Source of the DNA: Convolutriloba macropyga
Taxonomy: Eukaryota
NCBI RefSeq assembly: GCF_964194025.1
Contig: NC_134468.1
Coordinates: forward strand, 54,932,001-54,996,000
Reading direction: 5' to 3'
DNA length: 64,000 nt
A program made the translations under genes and the position numbers. Positions 40,101-55,100 of this stretch are shown here, in pieces (within the stretch, counting starts at the first letter, position 1; every line of letters starts with the position of its first letter). The notes under the pieces are model-generated. The model saw nothing but the letters and a program-made list of their open reading frames with translations, made no database searches and was not told where the DNA came from.

Positions 40101-43100
40101 ACACCATCACTGCAAACGGACAATCCCAGAAAAAAATAGCACATACCAACACCGAGAAATGGAATTTGTTCAACGCCTTCTTCTCCGATGTGTTCATCGA
40201 CAAAGGGCAAATACAGCAAGAACAAGCATACCCAAAATCAAAGCTCAATTATTTTACCATCTCCGAAAACGAAATCGAAGAAACCCTACGTGACCTCCAG
40301 ATAAACAAAGCATGTGGACCAGATGACAATGGTAACATCATTTTAAAGATCACTCCAACGTTAGCGAAATCATTTAAACTAGTCTTCCAGACCAGCCAAA
40401 ACAAAGGAAAATTTGTGATCACACCAATATACGCAGAAAACGACCGCGCTGATATATCACAATACCGTCCAATCAGCTTACTCAAAAACTTGTCCAAGGT
40501 CTCTGAGAAGATTCTCTTTGCCAGGATGTACCCCCTGGTCAAACGCCAGTTCAAGAGACGAACAATACGGCTTTCGACAGGCACGATCAGTAGACCTGCA
40601 ACTAGTAGTCTTTCTAGATGAGATTTTGCGAAGAAATCCTTGCCCTATATATCGACTTCCGCAAAGCTTTCGATAAGGTTACCCACCAAAAACTCATATC
40701 CAAGCTGGGAGACATGGGAATTGGTGGGAATTTGCTAAAACTGCTCGTAAGCTACCTGACAGACCGACAACAAAGGGTTAAAATTGGACAACAGAAGTCT
40801 GAAACGTCCAAGGTCACCAGTGGAGTACCACAGAGCTCAATCTTGGGGCCTTTAATGTTCATCGTGTACATCAACACCTTACTCAACTGCGTACAAATAA
40901 CACAGCCATTTGGATACGCTGATGACTTCAAAGTTAGAACATCAAGTCTCCAAGAAGCTGATCAAGCAACCAAATCCATTCAACAATGGAGCAGCGAAAA
41001 CGATATGATCCTTAACCTGAACAAGGGCAAAATCCTGTCAATCAGTGGCGAAACCCCAACCACTGAAGAAAATCAAAGTCTCGAAATCGTGAAAAAAACC
41101 TTGGGGTAACCATGTCTTAAAACTTATCCTGGGCTGAAAACTACCGAAAACGAGTTAGCAAGGGCTGGAGATCCTTCTATGCACTAAAGAGAAACATTTC
41201 ATCCATCGCAAACCTGCCAACCAAGCTATATGCTTTTATTGGTTATGTTGTACCAGTACTCACGTATGCATCTCAGGGGTGGTACCCCTCCAAACTTGAG
41301 TCCAAGGCACCCGAGAGAGTACAAAAAACAGCCACAACATGGATATGCAGTTCAAGGGACGACTACAGAACACGACTGACCCGACTCAATATACTGCACA
41401 GCTCTATGTACATGGAACAACATGATCTCCTGTTTCTTCTATCTGTCATACAACATCAATAGTTTGACGATACCCAATTTTAAATCAACAGAAACGAGAC
41501 AAAGCAAAGAATTCGAAGTTCGGAAACACAGACTGAGAAAATGCGAAAAAAAATTCTGGACCCGAGCAACGAGACTATACATAGTGAGAAAAACCACTGA
41601 GCAAGAAGCTTCTGACGCAAATGCACATGACCTTTTTTCACAGACGCTACAATGAACTTGACAGCTGCAGCTGGAGAGTCTTGTGCAACTGTGGAAACTG
41701 CAACCCCCTTTAAAAACTTGTGCTAGATGATAAAAGGGTTAAACACCCAAGGGCGAGACCCTAAAGCCTCTCCTACTAGATAAGTCTCCAAAACAGTTTC
41801 TGTTAATCACATACTTGGAGACTAGTGAGCTGAAAGGCTCTATGAGCACTTAATGCCCGCTGGGCACTACCTGTTTATGCCGTTTTTGAGGACGAAATGT
41901 CAAATGTGTCAGAGGAAAAATCGGTCAAACGAAAAATCGCATTAAACATAGCCGGCAGATTGCCGGAATAGCTGCGAAATAGACTTGCGTGCCGTAAAAT
42001 ACAGATGGAAAAAGATACAGAAGTAAGTTGATAATAGTTATCGCCGCCGCCTATAAAACTTACAAGTTTATTTCAAAGGAGGTTGTTTTTGGGTGCAAAA
42101 AAGTTTCCCTGACGCGTCTCGAACCGGCGATCTCCGGATTAACAGCCAGTCGCCTTAACCACTCGGCTGTCGGACCATACAATCTGTTTTCTTACAATCA
42201 ACTTTGTTTTAGGAACAGATTCTGTTTCTGAATAACCGCAATTTAGGTCACGCAGAAAGCTTGAAATTAAGCGCGACAAAGCCATTTAAGCAGTGACGAG
42301 ACAGAATGTTCCAGAACAAATGTAAAACGAAAATAAAGCGTCAGACGACGAAACAAAAAAAAAACCAAGAGCACCGCAATATAGCTACGCTCAGCTTACA
42401 GCTTCGCAGCTATAAAAAAGACCGACAGGACAAATATAATTGCTACAAACTTCGTTTGAGAGCAATTAATAAATTTTGTTTTCGAGCTATTATTAAATCA
42501 GTCGCCAAATTTTTCCATAGCATTTACAAACATAAACCGGCATATGTCGGAAGAATTGCTCTTGAACGACAGGCGAGGCAATTTAATTCATGGTCTTTAG
42601 TCTGAATCAATTTTTCTTTACGGGTGCAAAAATCTTTGACCCCAACGGGATTCGAACCACACACCTCCCGATCCATGACCACCCGCACTAACCACTGCGC
42701 TACAAATCACTTAATTATGTTTTGCTGCAACCGACTGTATATTAGCAACAAGTTTTACTTCGGAGCACTAGAGATCACTCAAAAATGATCAACGAAAGCG
42801 TGAAAAAGTCACTTGAAAAATCAAGGAATGTTCTAGAAGAAAAGCGCAAAATTGTCATGCGAAAAATTTGCATAAAAAAGACACACGTTTACAATAATTG
42901 CTATGAACTTTGTTCAAGAGCAATTAATCATTACATCTTTCAGAAACCAAATAATGAGAGTTCGGTCCACGGTCACCCATTAATTGACGACAAAACAGCA
43001 AAATATCCTATACCTATCATCAATTTTGTACCAATTCTTTCCAAAAATTACTTACTTAGTGACTTTCTTCAGGTTCGACTTTTTAGCAGGTGGCGAGTAC

Positions 43101-46100
43101 GAGGAAGGGTCACTATTGGCTGCTACCTTCTTTCTTCCAGGTCCTCCCTTCACTGTGGTGGTGGTGGTAGCCACCGATGATGATGCAATTAAAGATTGAG
43201 TATCGGATTTGGCATTGTTGGCTGCAAATGAGAAAGCCATTTAATAACACATAGATTTCATATATGGCTCAAGCAGTTGATCTCTAGATCGCACAAAGTC
43301 TTTCTCTGATGTAGATTGCTTAGCGAAGGCAAAGTATACCAAGTATGATTTACAGAAGCTCCTGATTAAACAATTACTAATAACTGTACTAGTTACTCTT
43401 TAGTTAGCCAACTAACTTTTGCTGACTGAGGTTGACCAATAGCTGTTAACTGTGGTGGTGGCGGTGTTAGACACGGCTAATTGTGAGCTACCGGTGTTAT
43501 GAGAAGCTGGTAGTCCATTAGTCAATGGCAACTGACCCGGACCCAAGTCAGTTGCACAAACTTCTGTAGGTGGTCGCGACAGCGGAGGCGAAGTTGTCCG
43601 TGACGAAGGAATCTGTACACATTATTCAATAACTAAGTTTGACCGAAGCAACCCTCCTTCACCTTATTTTTTTAATGAGAGGATGAAGATTTAAGAGCAC
43701 ATTTACAACTCACTATCATTGTTTCTGTTTGAGGCCCAAAATAACTAACTACACATAAGCGCATGTGGGATGCTTTTTCTAATCGTACTTTAAGCTGACT
43801 AACCACTGCTGCAGATTTGCTGTGATCGTTTGCGGAGACAACAGCGACCGTTGCAGCAGAACCAGAGGATGAATTGATGACATCTGTGGACGGAAGAGAA
43901 TTAGGTTGAGAGGTTTGCGTAGATAGAGGATACCGCTGTTGTTGTAGACTGTTTGGCTCTGACTTAACACGGTCAGTTGTTGTAGAATAGGAAGTAAGAT
44001 GAGGAGAAGCAAAACTGCTCTCGGTAGCACCAATATCGTTTTTTTTATTATTGTTTGAGGCGACCATAGACACAGTCGTGGCAAATGCTTCCGCTGTGGA
44101 AACGGATGTCGTAGTTGTGATCACAGTTTGATTGCTATTGCTCGAAGAGGCTGCTGCTGCTGAGGCATGCACTGACCCTGTTTTTGCGGAATCCACTGCT
44201 TCTGAAGCAATAGTAGCAGCTCCTTTTGTTTTTCTCGGTCTTTTGGGAGCACGCTGCTTCTTCGGCGTAGTCAAACTATCAATCTGGCTCTGAATGTTGC
44301 TTGCCTGTAAAAATATTATCAAAATGTGCATATCAAAATTCACAGAAAAATCACTGTATCAGTATAACTTACGTCGCGAGACTTGGCGTCGTGCTGAAAT
44401 CCGCCCTGTTGCATCTGTGTTAGCTGCTGCATCACAGCTTGCAACTGAAATATACATATTAGACTTCTTAAACTTGATTAAAGACTTGGACATCCATGTA
44501 CAGAGACAGAATGCATAAGAAACAGTCCACCAGCCAGGGCTACCCCAATGTTTTGCACTCTCGGAAAAAGTTTTAAATATTGCGCCATTGAAAAATTTTA
44601 ATGTTTACGAGACAATAGCTTGAGGGTATTCACTGCTCACCAATGGGCTGATTTTCATTCCTCCGATCCTAATTACAAATCTTGAGTGTTATCTCTACAT
44701 AATCAAACAGCTATCTATATTTAATCTGTCTTAACAAACCTGTTTCTGCAGAGCGGCAATTGTATTGGCGTCTGGCATCTCAGGTTGAGGTGGATTAACA
44801 GGTAATGGAGGAGGTGCCGGCTGAGGTGATACGTTTTTAGATTGCGGACTGTGCTCAGCCGATTTAGATGACGATGATGAGTTACTGTGACTTTTAACTG
44901 AATATTTTGCGGATTTCTTTGAGTCATGTGCACCTCTTACTTCGCCATTTGCCTTTTTATATTTATTAGGCGACGCTTGTTTGGCAGCTGCAACTTTTGA
45001 GGCAACTATATTGGACTGGTAGCTTTTGCTGAAGTTAGACACAGGCGCTGTAGCAGTTGCTGTTGAGTTCCGCGTGTGATGGTTGTTGGTTGTTTGAGTT
45101 ATACTACTTCTGTCTGAATTGCTGTTTGATGTTGACAATTCACCTGAGCTTGGAGAGGACATTTTGGCGGGAAGCCTGGCCATTTTGTTTTCAAACAAAT
45201 TCTAAACATTGACGATTCAATTTTTCCCTGCGCCAGAAATTTTTCCCTGCGCCGTTAATGAAACCCTCAATACAAGTTTACAACTACATCTAAAAAGGAT
45301 GGGTATATTCAAGCACTAGAGCCATGCTATACTTAAGGGCGTACTCGTATGCACTCTATTGGCATTGAAATAGAGCTGCGTGTTAGACTCGCCTAAATTT
45401 TAATTTACAAGTGTACAAGCTAGTTGTTTCCGTAAATTATAACCCGTTTCCTCCACCCTCCCCATCGGTAAAATGCAACAACCTATGGACAATTTTACAC
45501 CTTTATAATGGTATACAATAAGTGTAATGCCTAATTTCCCAATTTCGCCTCCTATTAGGCCATTCAAACAATTTAGTTATTCAACCAACTTATGAAAACA
45601 TTTCATTTCCACCGAGGAAATAACTCCAATAGTACGAGCACAACTATCTATTATTTAAATATCCATTAACATAGCCCGCAGATCGCCAATATTTAGCAGC
45701 GTTGAGCGTAGTGAGGGTGGGTCTCAAGTGGGTTGAGCTTCCGGGGCAAGTGGGGTCTAAAAGGTCCCTCAGACCAATATTTCATAACTTCTCAGCCGTT
45801 TCGGTGACTTAAAAAGTAAATGACTAGAAAAGCTCTAAGAAAACTGATGCACCAGGAGTTGATATGGGGGGCAACAGCGCGGTGGGGGTGGAGGTAATAG
45901 TGGGGGTGGGGTGTCTCAACCTCTAAGAACCGCCCTTCACACCATAAGTATAAGTCTCCAAACAGTTTGAGCTGAAATAGAGCTGAAAGGCTCTAAGAGC
46001 ACTTAATGCCTGCTGGGCGCTACCTGTTTATCCCGTTTTTGAGGACGAAAAGTCAAAAGCGTCAGACGAAAAATCGGTCAAGCAAAAAATCGCATAAAAA

Positions 46101-49100
46101 AGACCGACAAGACTAATATAATTGCTACAAACTTCGTTTGAGAGCAATTATTCAAAAGGTAGTACGAAAAAGCGCATAAAAAGACCAGCAGGACTAAATA
46201 CAATTGCTACAAACTTTATTTGAGGGCAACTATACACAACTTATAATAACTGAACAACAGTTCAAAACTGCAGTAACAAGCAACTCACCAAGCAACCCTC
46301 GAAAATTATTAGAAAACAAAGGTACTTTCATAAAAAGACATAAAAATTTGCTGGGATCACTGATGCTGGGGGTGAGCGGATTGGCAAGGGGGTCAAGCGT
46401 GGGGGGGGGGGGGGGGTAATTGATGATGGGCCGGTAGGGTTTGGAGGCTATACGAGAGGGGTGTTCGAAATGCCAGGCGGAGGATAGTGGATGTTGGGTG
46501 TACTGTGTGTGGTGCCCTCCAAACTATGAAATGGTCTAACAAGTTTTCGTGAATCGCATATTCAGACATTAGTAAGCCCTAAGGCTCTAAGAGAGAAGCT
46601 CAGCCACTTAACGCCCACCCAGCTTTATTTGTTCATCCTGTTTTTGAGGACGAAAACTTTAAAAGGATCAGAACATTCGTCCTAGCAAAAAAAACAACGT
46701 AAAAAGAGCGCAGGACTAGAAGAAATACTAAGACTTTGTTTGAAAGCAATTAAAAATAGCAGGTAAAGTCCGTAACTGCAGTTCAAACCATTTCAAACAA
46801 TTTTTCGTTAAATTTTAAATAAAAAACTAAAGCTAGAAATCACTAGTAATTGATTCAAAAAACTCGACAAGAAAAACCGACAAAAAACTCGAAGAATAGA
46901 TATCACTTTGCCGCACGAGACCAAAAAATCACAACCGACAAAGCGGATTTTGATTCGAATATTGTTTTCTCGCTCAGCTTAAAAAAGAAGTGAAAAAATC
47001 TACTTCCTTTTTTCAAGTCGCTTTCTCGATCAACTTCCTTTTCCCTCGTAATTAAAAACATAGCCGCACATTGAATTGCAATTCCGGAGTTGTCGTCGTC
47101 GTGCTATGTTTTCTTTTAGTTCGCTTTACCTTTTGATCCCGTTTCACTAGGTCATAAATATCACGTTTGACTCCTGACTTACCTCACACACTGGTTCAAG
47201 GGATAAAGAGATAGCGCCTGTTCATTAAAGCTTAGTGTATTAGGTTATCAATTTTTATTGGAGCGAGTTCTAGCTGACGTTAGTTTTATACTCAATAGCT
47301 TTCAGTTAAGTATAAATTAGAATTTAAACAAAACTGCGCCAAATTAGGACACTTGTTGATACATAGAAAAACGAGCGTCAATTTCTATCCCCTAAGTGTC
47401 AACAAGTGTCCTCATTTGGCGCAGTTTTGGTTAAATTCCAAAATTATACTTCTTAACTGAAAGCTATTTTGAAAAACTAACGTCAGCTAGAAATCGCACC
47501 AATGAAAATTGATAACCTAATACACTAAACTTTAATGAACAGGCGCTATCTCTTTATCCCTTGAACCAGTAAGTGAGGTCAGTCAGGAGTCAAACGTGAT
47601 ATTTATGACCTTGTGAAACGGGATCAAGAGGTAACGCGAACTAAAAAAACATAGCACGACCACTCCGGAATTGCAATTCCAAGAATTGAACAAACGGATG
47701 ACAACAATATCAAACTCTTCCAAAGAACAGCTCTGCTAATGAACAAATCATATACCAAGATTTCCACGGAAGTAAATAGAGCGCAACGAAATTTTAAGCG
47801 ATTCCCTTCCCTTTTAAATAAGTCAAGCTCTAATTAAGGTTATTGTGTGAAACAACGTCAAAATCGAAAGACCTTTACACAATGAGAGTTCAGACAGAAA
47901 ACTTTGTAGAGAACCACCGAAAGAACAAAATTAAGCAAAAACTTGTATTACGGTTTCAATAAACATAAGTGGCATCAAAAACAGTGAAACACGCAACTAA
48001 AACTTGCACTCCTAAACACCCATAGCACTACTCATACATAGAACGCAAATATCAATTTCAATTAAAATAATTGGAGAACCACGCAAAAAAAGTAGCAATA
48101 ACTGTATGCAGCAATCAAATACAAGCAATCAACAATTCCATCTAAGTCAATGAAGTTGCTAACAATAAAAGCAAACGTTTAAGAGGATACATTTATGCCC
48201 ATTTAGAGAGCAATATAGTTTTGAATTGAGTAAGTTGATTAGCTCAAAAATGATTAATAAAGGGCCAAACAAATCTATCATTAATAAGACGAAAAAACAG
48301 AAAAAAACAGCAAAAACGGAAAAAACTAATCTTTCAGAGCAAGTCGTGTCAAGGTCGAGCAAACGTTTAGATATGAATAACATAGTCGGCAAATTGCCGA
48401 AATATGTGCATTATTGCGTCCCGTATAATACAGATAAAAACGGATAAAGATATAAGTCGATGTTATTGGCGCCGCTCAATAAACTATGTACGAGTCATTC
48501 AGCAATTAATTAATAGAACTTGTTTAAATTCATTCGTCAGAAGCCTTTTTTATGAATATTTATAACAAAAATGAGTTCCTTTGACCTTAAACAAATTCAA
48601 ATTAAACTAAGTTTAATAAGAGCAGAAGTCATTTTTTAGTGATAAGTCACCTATGAACTAAATACGCAAATGACCTTAATTTTTTGGCTAGAAAGAGTGA
48701 GAAATTTGGTCACTTGCGCAAATGCCGTTAGTGAGAGGAGGAAGTCAATCAGAAAATTTGATTTCCAGTTTTGCTGTTAGAACAAATGTAAAATGAAAAG
48801 AGCGTCAGACAACGAAAAAAACCATAACAGGACAAGTCCTGAGGTACAATTCAAAATATTTTCATTTACTTAACAAAACACTAAAACTAGTAGGGACTAT
48901 GAGTGAACTGGGAAAACCATTTCTAAAGAAATCAGATCACAAATTTTTTTAAAAAAACAACCAGAAAATCAAAGTTAAAATGCCACATGTGAACAAAAAA
49001 ATCACTACCGAAAAAAGGAAATCTGGTTTAAACAAAAAAAACAAGGCTGGAATGAACTATGAATGGATTCGGAAAACCATTAAGAAAAAATCCGATCCAA

Positions 49101-52100
49101 AAAATTAAAAAATTAAAAATTAAAAATTAAAAAAACAGTTAAAATCGAAGAAAAATTGCCACATATGAACAAAAAATCACTAGCGGAAAATCAAGTAGTC
49201 CTAAGGTAATGTAGAGTTTTGGTTTTCGAATGAGTGTTTGTCACTCTTGAAACAGTTTAACTTCTATTATCACTTATTGCTATTGGAAGGTAACACATTT
49301 GGTCCAATGGTGCCAAGGTGAATTTTATTGAATCCCTTAACAATCAGCTAATAGCTTCAATAAATTAAACATAGCTGGCAGACAGCCAGAAAATAGCCGC
49401 AATAGCTTTGTAGATCTGCAGTCTCAAAAAAACAGTATGACAGACAAAAAAATCCTCTTTCCATTGAAGGCTGATATGTTATATTTTGATTAAGCATCTG
49501 TATAAGTTTTCGCTGCCTCTATTAGCTGCTCTCAAATAACCTTCATTTACAGTGACACAAATTCACTTCACCTTCTATATCTCTTTGGATTAAAGTAAAT
49601 AAAAGTCAATTTCAAAGTGAGGAAGTCATTTTTGAGAGTGAGGTAAGTGAGAGTGAGGTGTGACCAAAAACTTAATCACGCGAATGAACAACATTAACTG
49701 AGAGCCACTGCAATGGTAGGCAAAAAATTTATCAAAAACAAATAAGCAGATACTTGGAACATTTGTATTTCACTAATTTTTTACCATCTAAAAACGAATT
49801 TAGCTATTTTATTCCATACTCAATCAGCTCTCCAACTGTAAATTTATTTCGCGATGAGATCAAAAATATTTATCGTCGCACATCGCAAGTGTAACATGAG
49901 TCTAATCAACACACTATTGTAACAAATTGGGCTACTGTTGTAATCGCAACACTTAAAACATAGCTGGCAGATTGCAAGAAAACAGACGCAATAGCTTCGT
50001 AGATCTGGTCTAAAACAGTAAAAGACAGATCAAAAATTTTTTCTTTTCATTGTATAAATTATTGGTGCCACTATTCGCTGCTCTCAAATAACATTCATTT
50101 AGAGTAACACGTTCAGATGACTATCTCTTTGAATTAAAGTAAACAAAAGTCAATTTCATAGGGAGGATGTCATTTTTGAGAGTGAGGTAAGCCACCTGTG
50201 ACCAAAAATTTAATGACGCGAGTGAACAAAAAAAACTTGCTCCACTGAGAGTGAAAACGACGTCACCCACGCAATGCAGATAAAATTGCATGAACGAATG
50301 AACAAAAAGCAGATTTGAAGTGGTTGCGACGTCATATGGTCGAAACAAAAATCTACGAAAAAAAAATAGCCGGAAGAATTCCGGAAGCGACTCGAAGCTT
50401 CAAAACTTCACAAAGAAACCAAAACTGCAGCTGAAACCGTTAACTTCGTATCAAACCATTACCTCAATATCTCCCCGGGTCTTATCTAAAAATTGGTGAA
50501 ATTTAAACCAATCACCAAGAGAAACAAAATGCAGCAAAATCTTATACTATTGAAAACGTTTGGAAACGTTAAAAAGTCCAAATTAATTACGATGGTCAAA
50601 ATACCCATGGGTTGAAAAACTGAGAGGGCTATCAATTGCCCTCAAAAAATTCATAATTTTAATCTCAAAAAGATCGCGAAAGCAAACGGCAGATAATAAT
50701 CTTGGAAACTAAATTAATTTTTTCAAAAAAGAATGCTTTAATTCAAGAATCAAAAACCACTACAATTAGATTCCTAATCACTGCAATTGAGACAAAACAA
50801 CTCATACTTCTTCCCTTTGTGTGTATTCTAGACATGCTTTCATACTAATTCAAAAATTAAATTAATCATAGAAGACATAAGCAACAGAAAAAAGTCAAGA
50901 AATTGTTTAAACTCTGAGAAAATTGCAATAAAAATGTATTAACTGGCAATTTTGAAAGTCTTTCTAACAAACTCTCAGTACTCTGAGTGCTAGCATTATG
51001 TTGATTAAAATTAATTGCAAATCAAAGAAATGACGAAAATCTAAAAAGCTGATATCATTCAATTTTTAACAACTGAAAAAATAAATATAACGAATATAAA
51101 TGTAGGTGCTAGGATAAAGCTGAAATGACACAAACTAGGATGTTAAGAATACGGACAGTGTAAGGAACACCGTAACAAAAAGACTAATTCTCGATTTTTG
51201 AAAGTTTAAAAGCAGATTGAATAATCAAGAAAAACGAATACATTTCATTGTTCAGCTTTCAAGATAGAAAAGACGACGAGTCATCCGAGACAAAGATCCA
51301 TCTGAAAGGAAAGGAAAAAATAACATAATTCAAACAAGAAACATTCAAACATTTTGCAAAAAATTGGTCAAAAAAATTTTTGAGACTGCATTTGAGAAAA
51401 AAATTTTAACTGTTTTTCAAAACTTGTTGATTTTTATTGAAACAAAATTAAAGTCCTTCATGTTGCACAAAAAGGCTATTTCTAGTAATTCAAACCAAAA
51501 CTCGAATAAAAAAACAGAAAAATTGGAAAAAAACTAACAAAATCGGATTAGCAGATGTACAATTTTTTTAAACAAAATTACATCAAGGTAGAAAGAGGCG
51601 TTGAGTACATGAATTATCAAAGGGAAGTTGCCATATTAACTGATTTTTGATCAAAAGCCGGCTCAAAGATTCAGAAATTAATAGAAAAAAGTCAAAAATT
51701 AACTAAAAAATCAAGAAATATGAGCCAATTTTGCACTTTAAACGAATTTTCAGGCTCTGCAGAGCACTGTGGTAACAATTTCTGAGGTTTACATTTCACA
51801 TATCATCGATTAAAAATTATTTCTATAAAAAATCAAATTACAAGCAAAAAAATTAGGCTACTTAGACGAAAAAACGGCTATCTATATGTGCCATTCAGTT
51901 AAAAACTACCTTTCAAAAGTCAACAAGTCATTCACTAAACGCAGCGCATGATCAAAAAATCTTCTCTCGCTCAGAAAATTATTTCACACTGCAATTTTAC
52001 TTGCTTTCACTTTTAGATCAAAACGGCGTCTGAACGAATAGTACTTCCGTTTAAAAAACCTTAAGAAAACCAATACTCCTCTTCGAGTCGTAAAAAAACT

Positions 52101-55100
52101 ATGTATACAGAAAATGATGCGAAAAACAGTGAAACAAGAAGTCAGATTGCAGCACGTAAAAGTAAATTCTTTCTGGAAAATCTGTTAATATACCATTTTC
52201 TCAGTTCACTTGAAAAGCAGTTTGCAAAAATGCCACGCCATAAAACTTTTCTCTTTTCGCTCTTCTTAATACTCAAGCGTGATTAAAATCATTACTCCAA
52301 TTTGACTTCCCATTGAAAAAAAGAGGGGACCAACTCAATTCAAATTCTTTGAACTGTAAAAAAGGAGAGCGCCTAAATAATAGCTGTTGAAAGACTGAGA
52401 GCTGCTATTAATCACTACTCCAATTCGACTTCAAAAATCATGGAAAAGTTATACAGATCTTTAAAAGACGACCCACAAATTCAACTAAATTAAAAATCAA
52501 GGGAGGCCAGTAATATCCTCAACTATCGCTTCGCTTCTATTAAAGAATACAAGCTCCGCTCACCTATTGATATCGTCGCAATTATAAACACTTACATGGA
52601 GCTTTTGTGCCATTATGTAAATAGGATTGTCACTTGGATTGTAGAGATAACAGTTGCTGAATATTAGTCGGACATCGTCAGCAAATTCACGTGCACTTTT
52701 ATATTCACGTGCTTCGAGTTTCTTTTTCACTGTTCCCAAATCCATTGGATGTTTTATCTTGTCCAGATAGTCAGGAAGATTCCACTTCTCATAAGCTGGC
52801 TGATAGAATGGCCAAGCGTATTCCTGGAAATTGTACAGCTCATAACATAATTGACTAACTTCAAGCGAATTGCTCTCTAACGACCGGTGAGCAAGTTGGC
52901 TTCGGTAGTAGCCAGCCGGGACTTAGTGATGCTAGCATTGGGGGGGGGGGGGGGGTTGGAGGAAGGAGATGGGGAGGGGGGGGGGGGGGGGGGTGGTTCA
53001 TCAAGCCATGGGCTGTTGGGTTTGGTGGGCTGGACTCGAGGGGGGTTCAAATCGCCATGTGCAGGACTGTGGACGGGAGGGGGTGAGTTGGGGTGTTTGA
53101 CTGGGGGGGTCTAGCGATCGGCGAGGGGAGTCAAGTGATGGGGGGAGGGTAGGGTTTGAAGAACTATACGAGAGGGGTGTTCAAATCGCCAGGTAGAGGA
53201 GGGAGTATGGGGGGGGGGGGGTTTCCTTCACATCATGAAATTGTCTCAAAAATTTTGGTGAATCCCATACTTAGAGACTAGTAAGGCGTACGGCTCTAAG
53301 AGAGCTGCTCAGCCACTTAAATAAACTGTTCATCCCGTTTTTGAGGACGAAAAGATAATAAAAGGGTCAGGCGATAAATCGCATGAAAAAGACTAGAGGA
53401 CTAATATAATTGCTACGAATTTCGTTCGAGAGCAATAAATAATAGTACGTACTAATTAAAAGTGAAATTAATTTCAATGTACGCAATTATTGAAATTACC
53501 GCATGAGTTTTCCCAAGCAGTTCCTTAATCAACTTTTCACAGAAACGCATTTGATTGGAAAGAGGTGATTTTTTGAAAGCCTTCCCAAATGGTTCGTCTT
53601 CTCCAGGAAGCTCTTTATTGGGTGGCTTTATTTTGCGGGTGCTTGTCCTGGCTGAATTGCTATCATCAGCGTAAAGAGAGGTGGCCCCACTTGATTTGTT
53701 ATACGACGGGGTATGTGGCGTGGTTGTATCTGCTTTTCTTTTAACTCCCTTTTTAGTCTAAACAAAAGAGAGAACGCCAATAAAACATTCGCTTTCATTC
53801 ACCAAAAGGAGAGATGATGAGAAAGGAAATCAATTTGGAATTAATCGGATGAACCTTAGATGGCTGCACTGCAAACGGTCGCACACTTGATGTAACCATG
53901 TGTACATTTGTATCCCCATTATCTTGCCCGTCAAAGGGAGCACTCGCATCACTCGCCTGAAAACAGAAGCCAATTCAAGCTAACTTAGACAACATCAACA
54001 GTATTAGAGCTCAGTCAAGTATCATTCAGGATATAAAGAGAAATACATATAAAGGGAAATTCAAGAATGTCGAAGAGTGACTAACGGAGCAATCATCTTC
54101 TTTGGTGTCCTCGATTGATATATTTAGAGGGTTGGTCACATTTGTAGATGTGTCCCCGCCGAAGTCTAAGTTGTCATCTTCTTGTGTAGAATGGACGACT
54201 GCATTGTCATCAACTGCACTGCTCACGGCATCGTCGGGGCTCAACTGAGGTCTGTTTATGGCACATTCTAGAATTGGCAAGCCGCTTTGTGTAACAGTCT
54301 GTGAGGACAGATCCGCGGTCGGAGATATGTTCAGTTCTTCTGTGACAGGTGCTGGCGTTAAAGGGGGAGGAGGTAGCGAAGTGACATCCGTCTCTTCTTC
54401 CCTTTCATTCTCCACCAGAGGTGTCCTGACGTCTTCTAGAGGTGGCGGCGAGGGCGCTTTGTCACTACACGAGGACGTAGGTAACAAATCAGGTTGAGTA
54501 CTTTCGACTAAAGGTTCCGACTTCAGTTCGGGAGATGGTTCTGACTCCAGAACACAAGATTCAGGTTGGACAGGTTGAGGAGGTTCTACTGATTCAAGAG
54601 GAGCTTCTGGCTTAATAGCCGGAGGAGGTGTGATTGCTGATGGAGGTGGCTCAACGTCAATAGACGTTGAATGTACAACAGGGTGAGGGATACTACCTCC
54701 CGGGACCTTCTTTTTCGGACTAGAGATGTTGGGGGTTTTGGAGGTGAAAGGGATTTCAATCTCATCAAACGGCATTTTTCCTATCCTCTTTTTGAACTGC
54801 TCTTCCAGTTGTCTCCCTTCCATGTACACACACTAAACAAAATAACTCCTTTATGCACAAAGTCCGAGCCAATCCAATCAATCTGAGCTCTTTATTCTGC
54901 GTCGAGCACATCTTTGACAGTCAATCTTTTCCGTAGCAACTTTGAGTGCTACTCTTATATGAAAAACAATTTTTAGAAAACTCATGTTGATCTAATTTTA
55001 CTAGAAAAATTGCTTTCTCAATTATTTTCCAAAGCAAAACTAAAGTTTTTCACCAAGTTCAAAGAGAGCACCAATTGACAGTTTTTAGTTAAAGAAAAAA

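Larger units (their letters stand above)
37011..41780 (+). mobile_element. Near full-length decayed CR1/L2-like LINE inserted into a HINE-1 copy
   Basis: PHD-type ORF1 and APE+RT ORF2 remnants, with a short CTA-repeat tail. The host HINE sequence stops at 'cataagtatt' (~37010) and resumes 'taagtctccaaaacag' at 41781. Confidence 0.9.
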
